From Gemmatimonadota bacterium (GTDB lineage: Bacteria; Gemmatimonadota; Gemmatimonadetes; Longimicrobiales; RSA9), in the NCBI GenBank assembly GCA_040905425.1, contig JBBDRO010000071.1:1-26182 (forward strand): a stretch of DNA of 26,182 nt, in the 5' to 3' direction. The notes beneath the pieces were generated by a model. That model was not told the origin of the DNA. It ran no database searches and was given only the letters and a program-made list of their open reading frames with translations. This document shows, piece after piece, positions 16,888-26,051 of the stretch; the first letter of the stretch is position 1, and every line of letters starts with the position of its first letter. The translations under genes and the position numbers were made by a program.

Positions 16888-19083
16888 ATGCCCAGGCTCT
16901 CCCCGGGCTGGCGGCGCATCACGCCCGCTCTCGTCCTCACGGCCGCACTCGCGGCCTGCATGGACAACGATCCGACGGCGGTCGAGACGCCGCCGGAACA
17001 GGACCTCGAAGCGCAGTTCGATGGAACGATCGATTCCCACCACAGCCATGGCCGATTCTTCCACATGACGTGGGTGCCCCGGCCGGACCTGGGCTCCCGC
17101 ACGGTGGAGGTCCGCTACGCGGTGGCATTCCGGCGCAACGGCTACCAATGCCGGGTATCCGGCACCTCGACAGGGCAGATACCCTGCACCGGACCCAGTG
17201 GCCTGCCCGGACCGGGTGACATCATCTGGGAGCAAGTCGGCGGGACCGGCATGTCCTGGGGGGACGGCGCCTCCACCCAGACGCTCTTTTTCCGCGTCAC
17301 ATCCATCGACGCCCCCAACAACTGGCTGTTCGCTCAGGCCCTGAACCCCGGCACGAGCAATTCCAATCCGATCCATACCTTTGGCGGCAGCGCCACCACG
17401 TTCAACGTCCGGAGCTTCAGCTGCTGCAGGATCGGCGGCCTGCGGAATCCCGGGTCGTCATACGGCGTCAGCACGCTGGTCACGCTGGGCGACGGCAATC
17501 GCTCGCCGGTCTCCAACATCCTGCCGATCATCAACATTCCGGCCGGCGGTGTACAGACCTGGCATCTCCCGGCCGCGGACGCGGACGGCGATCCGCTGCG
17601 CTGGCGCATGTCGAACTCGAACGAGTGGGGCGGCAACGGCGCGCAACCGCCCGGCATCTCCATCAACCCGACCACCGGCCAGGTGACCTGGAACACGAGC
17701 GGGCTCCCGCTCGGCCAGTACTGGACCAATATGACCATTGAGGAACTCGATGGCAGCGGCAACCCGAAGGGTCGGGTGGCCGTGGACCACCTGATCCAGC
17801 TGGTGATGTCCGCGCCGTCGAACGCCCCGCCCGTCTTCACCTCCGGCCAGTGCGGCACCACGATCCAGGCCACCGCCAACAGCCCCATCAGCTTCACGGT
17901 GACGGGCTCGGATCCGGACGCGGGCCAGACGGTGCTCATGACCGTGGCCGGCGTGCCCTCCGGTGCTACCTCGCCGGTTCCCGGTGCCGGAAATCCGGTC
18001 AGTTCCACGTTCAACTGGACGCCCACCGCAGGAGATGCCGGCCCGAACGTGATCACGTATTCGATCACGGACAGCTTCGGGGCGCAGGCGCTGTGCGCCA
18101 TCACCATCAACGTGAGCGCCAATGACGCGCCCACGGCTGACGCCGGTCCGGACCAGAACGTGGCGCTCAGCGGATCGACCACCGCCAGCGTCACGCTGAA
18201 TGGCAGCGGCTCCACCGATGACGGTCAGCTGCAGCCGCTCAGCTTCAGCTGGACGGACGGGAGCACCACGCTCAGCGGCGTGAGCCCGACCACCACGCTG
18301 GGGCTCGGGACGCACACCTTCACGCTGTCCGTCAACGACGGCCAATACACGGACACGGACCAGGTCGTGATCACGGTGCACGATCCGACGCGGCCGGTCA
18401 TCGTCGGTACCATCTCCGGCACTCCAGGAAACAACGGCTGGTACGTGAGTGACGTGACGGTCTCCTGGTCCGTCACCGACCCTGAATCCGCCATCACGTC
18501 AACCACGGGCTGCGCCACCACGGTCCAGACCACGGACTCCCCGAGCGAGACGCGCACCTGCGAGGCCACGTCCGCGGGCGGCACGGCCAGCGAATCCGTC
18601 GGGTTCAAGCGCGATGCCACGCCTCCGACCGTCGCCTACTCCGCACACGCGGCCTCTTTCACGGTGGACGAGAGCGTGGCCATCACGTGCAGCGCGGCGG
18701 ACAACCTGTCCCTTCTAGCCGATGACACGTGCGCGGACATCAACGGACCGGCCTACGCGTTCCCGCTCGGGCTGAATGCCTTCAACGCAGCCGCCACGGA
18801 CAACGCCGGTAATGTCGGCAGCGGCAGCACCGCCTTCACCGTGCAGGTCACTACGGCCAGCCTGTGTGCTCTGGTGCGCACGTTCGTCAGCCACAACGGC
18901 CTGGCCAACTCGCTGTGCGCCAAGTTGAGCGCTGCCCAGCGGGCGGCCGACCGCGGTCAGGACGCCACGCACGACAACGTCATGGCGGCCTTCATCAATG
19001 AGGTGGAGGCGCAGACGGGGAAGAAGATCGACCCCGGCCATGCCGCCATTCTCATCGCGCTCGCCACGGCGCTGATCGGGTGA
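16888..19083 (+). CDS. large lipoprotein: CCR-motif N-terminal domain, Ig/cadherin/PKD-like repeats, C-terminal helical (FIMAH-like) domain
   Basis: RBS TAAGGAG and lipobox LAAC. Motifs SCCRI, DADGD, N-A-P-P-V-F...DPD, APTADAGPDQ...LNGSGSTD and NNGWY, ending NSLCAKL...AFINEVEAQTGKKI. Confidence 0.85.
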   Translation: MPRLSPGWRRITPALVLTAALAACMDNDPTAVETPPEQDLEAQFDGTIDSHHSHGRFFHMTWVPRPDLGSRTVEVRYAVAFRRNGYQCRVSGTSTGQIPCTGPSGLPGPGDIIWEQVGGTGMSWGDGASTQTLFFRVTSIDAPNNWLFAQALNPGTSNSNPIHTFGGSATTFNVRSFSCCRIGGLRNPGSSYGVSTLVTLGDGNRSPVSNILPIINIPAGGVQTWHLPAADADGDPLRWRMSNSNEWGGNGAQPPGISINPTTGQVTWNTSGLPLGQYWTNMTIEELDGSGNPKGRVAVDHLIQLVMSAPSNAPPVFTSGQCGTTIQATANSPISFTVTGSDPDAGQTVLMTVAGVPSGATSPVPGAGNPVSSTFNWTPTAGDAGPNVITYSITDSFGAQALCAITINVSANDAPTADAGPDQNVALSGSTTASVTLNGSGSTDDGQLQPLSFSWTDGSTTLSGVSPTTTLGLGTHTFTLSVNDGQYTDTDQVVITVHDPTRPVIVGTISGTPGNNGWYVSDVTVSWSVTDPESAITSTTGCATTVQTTDSPSETRTCEATSAGGTASESVGFKRDATPPTVAYSAHAASFTVDESVAITCSAADNLSLLADDTCADINGPAYAFPLGLNAFNAAATDNAGNVGSGSTAFTVQVTTASLCALVRTFVSHNGLANSLCAKLSAAQRAADRGQDATHDNVMAAFINEVEAQTGKKIDPGHAAILIALATALIG

Positions 19084-19111
19084 TCGAGCGAGCAGTCCGA
19101 GCATGACCTGC

Positions 19112-19143
19112 GAGGGCCGGGGGATGATCCCCCGGCCCTCTTT
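19112..19143 (+). terminator. intrinsic terminator
   Basis: GAGGGCCGGGGGA-TGA-TCCCCCGGCCCTC followed by TTT, 28 nt after the stop codon. Confidence 0.85.
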
Positions 19144-19244
19144 CCAATCACGAAAGGCTTGCCCCCACCGGTGCGCCGATGCACTGTGGAAGCGCCTTAC
19201 CCGTACATGCGTGCCGCTCCGCTCCCCTTCCCCGAGGAGGTAAC

Positions 19245-19808
19245 GTGGTCGCGACGACGTCGTTGTGGCTCCCCATCCTGCTGTCCGCGGTGGGCGTCTT
19301 CATCGTGAGTTCCATCGTGCACATGCTGCTGCCCTACCACCGTACGGACTACGCGAAGGTGCCGGACGAGGACGCGGTGCTGGACGCGCTCCGCGCCCGT
19401 GCCATCCCGCCCGGTGACTACGCCTTCCCGCACGCGGCGGGCATGGAGGAGATGAAGGATCCCGCGTACACGGAGAAGATGAAGCGCGGACCCGCGGGAA
19501 CGCTCACGCTGTGGCCGCCGGGGGAGATGAACATGGGCAAGAAGCTCGGCGCCTGGTTCCTGTTCTCCGTGGTGGTGAGCTTCTTCACGGCCTACGTGGC
19601 GGGCACCACGCTCGAACCGGGCGCGGACTACCTGCTCGTCTTCCGCGTCACCGCCACCGCGGCCTTCATGGCGTACGCGTTCGCCGAATGGGGCAATGTC
19701 ATCTGGTTCGGCAAATCCACCAACACCGCGCTCAAGAACACCTTCGACGGCCTGCTCTACGGGCTCGTCACGGCCGGTTTCTTCGGGTGGCTCTGGCCGG
19801 GCGTCTAG
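19245..19808 (+). CDS. conserved hypothetical membrane protein (about 4 TM)
   Basis: GTG start after GAGGAGG. LWLPILLSAV...HM...PGDYAFP...DGLLYGLVTAGFFGWLWP. Confidence 0.8.
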   Translation: MVATTSLWLPILLSAVGVFIVSSIVHMLLPYHRTDYAKVPDEDAVLDALRARAIPPGDYAFPHAAGMEEMKDPAYTEKMKRGPAGTLTLWPPGEMNMGKKLGAWFLFSVVVSFFTAYVAGTTLEPGADYLLVFRVTATAAFMAYAFAEWGNVIWFGKSTNTALKNTFDGLLYGLVTAGFFGWLWPGV

Positions 19809-19928
19809 CCCTGCCGCCACGTGGGGACAGGGGGCGTGGCCGCCCGCCCCCTGTCCGACCGCGGCTGGCCCCCTCCTTGCGCCGTATCTCCTGCTACACG
19901 AGCAGTCCCCGAGGCAGGAGAAGCAAGC

Positions 19929-20546
19929 ATGGACAAGATCAAGCTGGCGGTGATCTACTACAGCAGCTACGGCACCAATTACGAGATGGCGCGGACGGCC
20001 GCGGAGGCCGCCGAGGAGGCGGGCGCCGAGGTACGCCTGCGCAAGGTGCGGGAGACCGCGCCGGAGCAGGTGGTCGCGGCGCAGGAAGGGTGGGCCGCGC
20101 ACGCCAAGGCCACCGAGGACGTGCCCACCGCGGAGCCCGAGGACCTGGTGTGGGCCGACGCCTATCTCTTCAGCTCACCCACGCGCTACGGCGGCGCCTC
20201 CAGCCAGATGCGCTCCTTCATCGACACGCTGGGCCCCATCTGGCAGGAGGGAAAGCTGGCCGACAAGGTGGTCACGGCCATGACCAGCGCCATGAATCCG
20301 CACGGCGGCCAGGAAACCACGCTGCAGTCCCTGTACTTCACCTTCATGCACTGGGGGGCCATCATCGTGACGCCGGGCTACACCGGCGAGGCGGTCTTCA
20401 ATTCGGGCGGCAACCCGTACGGCGCCAGCGTCACGGCCACCGACGGCTCCGTGAATGAGGAGGACCGGGCGGCCATCCGCCACCAGGCCAAGCGGCTGGT
20501 GGAGACGGCCGAGCGGTTCGTCCACAGCGGCGCCGGCGTGGGCTGA
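19929..20546 (+). CDS. wrbA: NAD(P)H:quinone oxidoreductase, WrbA flavodoxin-like family
   Basis: [12 protein letters not shown] loop, SPTRYG, HGGQETT and GGNPYG. RBS AGGAG. Confidence 0.95.
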   Translation: MDKIKLAVIYYSSYGTNYEMARTAAEAAEEAGAEVRLRKVRETAPEQVVAAQEGWAAHAKATEDVPTAEPEDLVWADAYLFSSPTRYGGASSQMRSFIDTLGPIWQEGKLADKVVTAMTSAMNPHGGQETTLQSLYFTFMHWGAIIVTPGYTGEAVFNSGGNPYGASVTATDGSVNEEDRAAIRHQAKRLVETAERFVHSGAGVG

Positions 20547-20597
20547 GCCGTGCGCTGAGGCCTTGCCCGGGGGCGGCCAGGGGCGCAAGCTGGCCGC

Positions 20598-21233
20598 ATG
20601 GCCGCCACCTATCCCATGCCCGCCGGGGCGCACCGCGCGGAAGAAACGGTCTCGCGCAGTCGGTTCCTGGCCACGCTGGCGCCCGCGCCAGACGAGGACG
20701 CCGCTCGCGCGGTGGTGGACTCCGTGCGTGCCGAATTCCCGGATGCCACCCACCACTGCTGGGCCTACGTGGTGGGCCCGCCCGGCAGTACGGCCCGCGT
20801 CGGCATGAGCGACGCGGGCGAGCCGCACGGCACCGCCGGCCGCCCCATGCTGGACGTGCTCCTGCACGGCGAGGTGGGGGACGTGGTGGCCGTGGTCACG
20901 CGCTGGTACGGCGGGGTAAACCTGGGCAAGGGGGGACTGGTGCGCGCGTACGGCGGCGCCGTCCAGCGGGCGCTGGCCACGCTGCCCCGGGCGGAGCGCG
21001 TGACCTGGCGCCAGGCCACGGTGACGCTGGCCTACACCGACGTGGACGCCTTGCAGCGCCTGCTGGAAACCCTGGGCGGTGAGATCCGGGACGAGCGCTA
21101 CGGCGCCGACGTGCGCTACGAGGTGGCGCTGCCGGAGCGGGCCGCGGATCGCTTCGCCGCCGAGCTGGCGGACGCCACGGCGGGACGGGCGCGCGTCAGC
21201 TGGCGCGTAGAAGCCGACGGCGCGGAGGGCTAG
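20598..21233 (+). CDS. yigZ: YigZ / IMPACT family protein
   Basis: SRSRF, DATHHCWAY, SDAGEPHGTAGRPML and VVTRWYGGVNLGKGGLVRAY. Confidence 0.95.
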   Translation: MAATYPMPAGAHRAEETVSRSRFLATLAPAPDEDAARAVVDSVRAEFPDATHHCWAYVVGPPGSTARVGMSDAGEPHGTAGRPMLDVLLHGEVGDVVAVVTRWYGGVNLGKGGLVRAYGGAVQRALATLPRAERVTWRQATVTLAYTDVDALQRLLETLGGEIRDERYGADVRYEVALPERAADRFAAELADATAGRARVSWRVEADGAEG

Positions 21234-21283
21234 GGCGCCCGTCTCGTCGGCCCCGGACGCTCGGCGTACGCCGCGATCGCCGC

Positions 21284-22141
21284 CTAGCGCAGCCGCGTGA
21301 GCCCCTCCTGCGCCACCGACGCCACCAGCTCGCCGCCGCGCGTGTAGATCACCCCCCGCGAGAACCCGCGCGCTCCCGACGCCGCCGGACTGTCCATCAC
21401 GTAGAGCAGCCACTCGTCCATGCGGAAGGGGCGGTGGAACCAGATGGCGTGGTCGAGCGAGGCCGCCTGCAAGCGCTCCATGTACACGCTGAGGCCGTGC
21501 GGCAGCAGCGCGGTGGAGAGGATGCCGTAGTCCGACCCGTAGGCCAGCACGGCCTGATTGGCCAGCGCTTCCGGCGGCATCTCCCCCACGGCGCGCAGCC
21601 ACATCAAGCGCCGCGGCTCCTGCGGCTCCGGCTCGAAGGGGTTGACCGGCGCCACCGGCCGGAAATCGATGGGGCGCTCCTGCGTCAGGACCGACCGCAG
21701 CGCGGGCGGGATCAGGTCGGCATGCGCCCGGATGAGGTCCAGGTCGGAGGTGAGTTCCTCGGGGGGCGGCGCGTCCGGCATCTCCAGCTGGTGGCTCGGA
21801 CCGTCCTCCACCACCTGGAAGGAGGCGGACATGTTGAAGATGGCCCGACCGTTCTGAATGGCCGTGACCCGGCGCGTGGTGAAGCTCCGCCCGTCCCGCA
21901 GGCGATCCACGAAGTAGACGATGGGCGTGGCGATCTCGCCGGGCAGGATGAAGTAGCCGTGCAGCGAATGCGCCACCCGCTCCCTGTCCACCGTGCGCTG
22001 CGCCGCCACCAGCGCCTGCGCCAGCACCTGGCCGCCGAAGACGCGTCCCGAGCCGATGTCCCGATTCGTACCGCGGTAGATGTTCTGCTCCAGCGCCTCC
22101 AGATCCAGGAGCGTCAGGAGATCCTGCACGGCGTAGCTCAC
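21284..22141 (-). CDS. tesB: acyl-CoA thioesterase II
   Basis: RVFGGQVLAQAL, HSLHGYF, LRDGRSFTTRRV, SLDHAIWFH and VASVAQEGL. The GTG start overlaps the upstream TGA (GTGA). RBS GGAGAG. Confidence 0.96.
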   Translation of the reverse strand: MSYAVQDLLTLLDLEALEQNIYRGTNRDIGSGRVFGGQVLAQALVAAQRTVDRERVAHSLHGYFILPGEIATPIVYFVDRLRDGRSFTTRRVTAIQNGRAIFNMSASFQVVEDGPSHQLEMPDAPPPEELTSDLDLIRAHADLIPPALRSVLTQERPIDFRPVAPVNPFEPEPQEPRRLMWLRAVGEMPPEALANQAVLAYGSDYGILSTALLPHGLSVYMERLQAASLDHAIWFHRPFRMDEWLLYVMDSPAASGARGFSRGVIYTRGGELVASVAQEGLTRLR

Positions 22142-23280
22142 GTCTGCTCTCCTTGCCGCATGGCTCCCAGTCGACCCGCCACCCAGAAGAGCAGCGCCGC
22201 CGTGACGAAGAGGGCGGCCACGCCACCGAGCGCCCGGCCGCGCTCCGCCCCGTAGTACCAGGCCGCCACCACGAGCGCCCCGGCCGACGTGACGAGCAGC
22301 GCGCGCGCCTCGTTGCGGAGGGCGTACACCATGCCCGCTCCGCCCAGCACGGCCACCGTGAGGGCGGCGACCTCCGGCGGCGCGTCCAGCGCCTCGAGGG
22401 TGGTCCAGAAGGCCAGCACCACACCCAGGATCATGGCCAGCACCAGGCCGTTCGTGTACCAGTCCCGGCGCAGCCGGTCCGGCGCCCGGTGGACCGCCCA
22501 CAGGATGGCCGCCGTGCTCGCCACCCACCATACGTCGAGCGGCCAGGGCGCGATGTCCTCCCCCAGGTCCAGCGGCCCCACGATCGTTGCCAGCAGCAAC
22601 GCCGCGGCCACGTACAGGGACAGTGCCACCGCGTGCAGCTCCCACTCGGCGGCACGCCCGGCGGCCAGGCGCGCCGCCAGGACGGCACCCGCCGCCAGCA
22701 GCACCCCGTCCAGAATCCAGATGCTGGTGTTCCCGTCCAGGTCAAGCGCACGGTACAGGAAGAGGAAGACGAACAGATGGCCGAGCACCACCAGCGCCAC
22801 CGGCAGCACCGGATGGCGCCGTGCCGTGAGTGGCACGCCCACGACGGGCACCAGCAGGGCCAGCACACCCACCAGCACGGCCGGCGCGCTACCGTTGGCC
22901 CAGGCGTTGGTGGAGTACACGCCAGCCACCACCAGCACGATCAGACCGGCCACCTCCGCCACGCGCGCCGGCACCCGCCAGTTCGCCGCCCGCTCCGCCG
23001 CGAGGCCGCCGGCCACCAGCGCCGCGCCCACGCCGGCCACGATCAGCGTGCGGCCGGCGTGGCCCAGCGCGGGCCAGACCCACGAGAAGAAGGTGGCCGT
23101 GGCAATGAGGAGCACCACCGCGCCCGTGGCGGCGATCAGCAGCTGCGCGGCGCGGCGACGCTCACGCGCCGCGTGGGCCACGGCGTCGGTGCGCAGGCGC
23201 TCGACCGCTTCCGGCGGCAGCAGGCCCCGCTCCTGCCAGCGGCGGAGGGCGGCTTCGACCTGGCGATGGGCACTGGGCAT
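22138..23280 (-). CDS. DUF2157-type multi-pass membrane protein
   Basis: N-terminal LRRWQERGLL followed by many hydrophobic helices. Start at ATG 23280 with GAGGA upstream. Confidence 0.75.
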   Translation of the reverse strand: MPSAHRQVEAALRRWQERGLLPPEAVERLRTDAVAHAARERRRAAQLLIAATGAVVLLIATATFFSWVWPALGHAGRTLIVAGVGAALVAGGLAAERAANWRVPARVAEVAGLIVLVVAGVYSTNAWANGSAPAVLVGVLALLVPVVGVPLTARRHPVLPVALVVLGHLFVFLFLYRALDLDGNTSIWILDGVLLAAGAVLAARLAAGRAAEWELHAVALSLYVAAALLLATIVGPLDLGEDIAPWPLDVWWVASTAAILWAVHRAPDRLRRDWYTNGLVLAMILGVVLAFWTTLEALDAPPEVAALTVAVLGGAGMVYALRNEARALLVTSAGALVVAAWYYGAERGRALGGVAALFVTAALLFWVAGRLGAMRQGEQT

Positions 23281-23544
23281 GAAGTTCCTCGGGTGCGAGG
23301 CTGTAACGGAGACCCGGGGGCCGCGGCTCCGGTGACCCGGCCGGCGGCCGTGGGCCCGTCCGACGGGCTCCCGGAGCCGAAGATAGGCCGCCCCTCCTGC
23401 CGCCGACAGCCGCCGGGTCCCCGGGAGGTACAGCCCCTGCACCACATCTCCGTTGTGACGATAGGGCCACCCCGATCGTCTGCATCATGAAGGGGCCCGG
23501 GCAGGCGCCGGGCTCATGAATCACCGTAGCACTGGAAGGTCAAC

Positions 23545-24450
23545 ATGAATCGAACATTACTCGGCGCGGCCCTGTTGGCGGCGCTCATCCCGCTGGGGGC
23601 TTGCAGTGACGTGACCGGGGAGCAGAGCGCCTCGGTGAACGTGCTGCTGACCGACGCACCCGGAGACGTGGAGGCCGCGTGGGTCACCGTCACCGAGGTC
23701 AGCCTGGTAGCCCAGGGTGGCGAGGATGACGAGGAAGGCGGCAGCATCATCCTGCTCAGCAGCGAGCCGTGGACCGGCGACCTGCTCGAGCTCCAGAATG
23801 ACGTGGAGGTCCTCGTGCAGGGCGCGGAAGTCCCCACGGGGCGCTACACGCAGCTCCGCCTGGTCATCACCGAGGGCTGCGTAGCCGTGGAGACGGAGTC
23901 CGAGGACCCCGACATCTACACGTCATCCGCGAGCTTCGATGCCTGTGGCAGCACGGCCGGCGCCGGCACGCTCCATATGCCCAGCTTTGGCCAGAGCGGT
24001 CTCAAGATCAACCTGCCCTCTGCCGACACCGATTTCGAAGGCGAGCAGACGCTGCTCCTGGACTTCGACGTCTCCGAGAGCTTCGGCCACCAGGCCGGCG
24101 CTTCCGGCATGTGGGTCATGACGCCGGTCATCAAGGCCACCAGCTTCGGAGCGGCCGCCACGGTGAATGTGGACGTGACGCTCGGCACGGGGATCGGTGC
24201 TCTGCTCACCGCCGCCGGCTTTGCCATCACGGACTTCTCCGTCAAGCTGGATGGTGAGGCTCCGGTAGCGCTGGCTGCCGACGGCTCCGCCACCCTGGAG
24301 TTCGTCACCTCCGGCAGCCACACGCTCTCGCTCGTAGGTCCGGACGGCTGGGCGCTGACCACCAGCCCCACGTCGCCGCACACCTTCACCACCACGGCGG
24401 GCGCTACGCAGACCGTGGCGCTCACGCTGACGGGCTTCACCGAGTCCTGA
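23545..24450 (+). CDS. DUF4382 domain lipoprotein
   Basis: Lipobox LGAC, VLLTDAPGD, GRYTQLRL, PSFGQSGLKI, LLLDFDVSESF and WVMTPVI. Confidence 0.9.
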   Translation: MNRTLLGAALLAALIPLGACSDVTGEQSASVNVLLTDAPGDVEAAWVTVTEVSLVAQGGEDDEEGGSIILLSSEPWTGDLLELQNDVEVLVQGAEVPTGRYTQLRLVITEGCVAVETESEDPDIYTSSASFDACGSTAGAGTLHMPSFGQSGLKINLPSADTDFEGEQTLLLDFDVSESFGHQAGASGMWVMTPVIKATSFGAAATVNVDVTLGTGIGALLTAAGFAITDFSVKLDGEAPVALAADGSATLEFVTSGSHTLSLVGPDGWALTTSPTSPHTFTTTAGATQTVALTLTGFTES

Positions 24451-24472
24451 TCCAGCGCGTGCCATGAGCGCG

Positions 24473-24508
24473 GAACGGCCGCCCCGGGAAGGTCCGGGGC
24501 GGCCGTTC
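24473..24508. terminator. 15-bp hairpin between convergent genes, probable terminator
   Basis: GAACGGCCGCCCCGG-GAAGGT-CCGGGGCGGCCGTTC, 22 nt after the DUF4382 stop. Confidence 0.8.
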
Positions 24509-24604
24509 GTGTGGCGGGGCGCGCCGTTCTCGTGCCCCGGCGGTCGGGCACATGCCATTGCGAACGCGCCGCGGAGGCGGGAGGCCGCCCGGGCCCGAGG
24601 CGCC

Positions 24605-25618
24605 TCAGAACCCTTCCTGCCGCACCTCGTGCGGCCCGCGCTCCGGGCCCAGACGAACCACGCTCCCGGGGGTGGTGCTGGCCCCGCCCACCGGCGGGGC
24701 GTCCCCCTTCTCGCGCGCCATCTCCGCCACGCTCTTCACGCCGGCCAGCGCCGCCGCCCCGGCCAGCGCCTCCCGATCCCCGTCGTACCACTCGAACCAG
24801 GGCAGTCCGCTGCGCGCATACTCCTCCACCGTCACCGGCGTGGGCGGCGGCTCCTGCCCGGTGATCGACCGCCACACCAGCGCGTTGGCCAGGTGAACGA
24901 AGCACCGGTTGCGCGCCTCCTGTTCCCAGTTCTCGATGGCCTCACGGTCACGATAGATCTCCTGGTCCATACGCCCGCCGGCCGCCAGGCCCATGGAGGC
25001 CGACGCCTCGGACACGCACAGCGCCATGTCCATTGCGAGCGGCCCACGCCGGATGGTGCGCCGGAATTCCCTGCGCCGCCGGCGCCAGACCTCGGCCTTG
25101 AGCGGGACCGCCGAAATCTGCAGCCCGCCGTGTTCGGCTTGCCCCGTGAGCTGCTCCTCCACCGTGTACTCGCTGCCCAGGGGCATGGCCACGAACTGCC
25201 GCACCTGCCCTTCCGCCACGCAGTACCCATCCAGCCACGGCTGGCCCGGCACCACCACGTAGTCCTGCGGCTCGCTGCCGAGCTCCTCCCGCCACGGCTC
25301 CCCCGTCACCGCGTTGACCTTGCCGGCGGCCACCTGCACCGCCCAGGGATACGCCTCGGGCGAGTGGAAGCTGATCCACAAAGCCTCACTCTGGTACATG
25401 GGCACCATGACGCCGCCGCGTCGCAGCCACGACTGACCCAACCGATCGGCATGATCATCCACGTGCCGCATGGGAAAGGCGCCCAACCCCGGCGGCAGCG
25501 GATAGCTCCGGTCATCATCCGGAATGCGCAGCGTGCGCTCCAGTTCCACCCTGAGCACCGCCTCGGGATGCACCTCCGGCGCGGTGAACACCAACCCGTC
25601 CTCCCTCAACTCGATCAT
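24605..25618 (-). CDS. conserved uncharacterised protein (RTLRIPDD / QPWLDG family)
   Basis: 337 aa, soluble. Motif chain RTLRIPDD-LPPGLG-PMYQSEALW-QDYVV-QPWLDG-RQFVAMPLG-TVEEQ-GGLQI-MGLAAGG-GLPWF. RBS GGGAAG. Confidence 0.85.
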   Translation of the reverse strand: MIELREDGLVFTAPEVHPEAVLRVELERTLRIPDDDRSYPLPPGLGAFPMRHVDDHADRLGQSWLRRGGVMVPMYQSEALWISFHSPEAYPWAVQVAAGKVNAVTGEPWREELGSEPQDYVVVPGQPWLDGYCVAEGQVRQFVAMPLGSEYTVEEQLTGQAEHGGLQISAVPLKAEVWRRRRREFRRTIRRGPLAMDMALCVSEASASMGLAAGGRMDQEIYRDREAIENWEQEARNRCFVHLANALVWRSITGQEPPPTPVTVEEYARSGLPWFEWYDGDREALAGAAALAGVKSVAEMAREKGDAPPVGGASTTPGSVVRLGPERGPHEVRQEGF

Positions 25619-25676
25619 GGCAGGCTTCCCTTCAGGTCATTGTATGCCGCGACGCCCGTCCCCCTCCGCGCGTCTT

Positions 25677-25715
25677 TCACCATTCTCCGTCCCTCACCAT
25701 TCTCCGTCCCTCACC
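25677..25715. repeat. 17-bp tandem duplication spanning the XRE gene stop codon
   Basis: TCACCATTCTCCGTCCC at 25677-25693 and 25694-25710, plus TCACC at 25711-25715. Confidence 0.95.
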
Positions 25716-26044
25716 TCCCGGACCACCCGCGCGACCGCCCCGTCCGGCAGATCCTTGAGCGCGCGGATGGCTTCGGCAAAGAGCCGCGGCCGCCGCCGAA
25801 TGGCGGCCTGCAGGTCACTCGACACCTTCCCGGCCAACGCCAGCAGCACATCGGCGTCCACGTCCAACTCGGCCGAGAGCCGCGTCAGGGTCTCCTCGGA
25901 CGGCGGCGAGCCGATGCCGCGCTCCACCTTGCTCAGATAGCTCGGCTCGATCCCCACACGCTCCGCCACCCGCCGCAGCGAGAAGGCGGCGTCCTCCCGG
26001 CGCAGCTCCTCGCGCCGCTCGCGAATATAGGGTCCCAGATTCAT
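25694..26044 (-). CDS. XRE-family helix-turn-helix transcriptional regulator
   Basis: LGPYIRERR...SLRRVAERVGIEPSYLSKVERG...PPSEETL. Start at ATG 26044 (MNLG) is preferred because ATG 26056 lies inside the predicted -10 box. Confidence 0.93.
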   Translation of the reverse strand: MNLGPYIRERREELRREDAAFSLRRVAERVGIEPSYLSKVERGIGSPPSEETLTRLSAELDVDADVLLALAGKVSSDLQAAIRRRPRLFAEAIRALKDLPDGAVARVVREVRDGEW

Positions 26045-26051
26045 GCCATGT

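Noticed and set aside
23485..23519. TCATGA-flanked GCCCGG/CCGGGC inverted repeat upstream of the DUF4382 gene
   Set aside because: Short, imperfect and GC-rich, so not distinguishable from chance without conservation data.
25694..26044. Prophage repressor or prophage boundary
   Set aside because: No integrase, phage structural or replication genes, or divergent cro-like gene is visible in the window.
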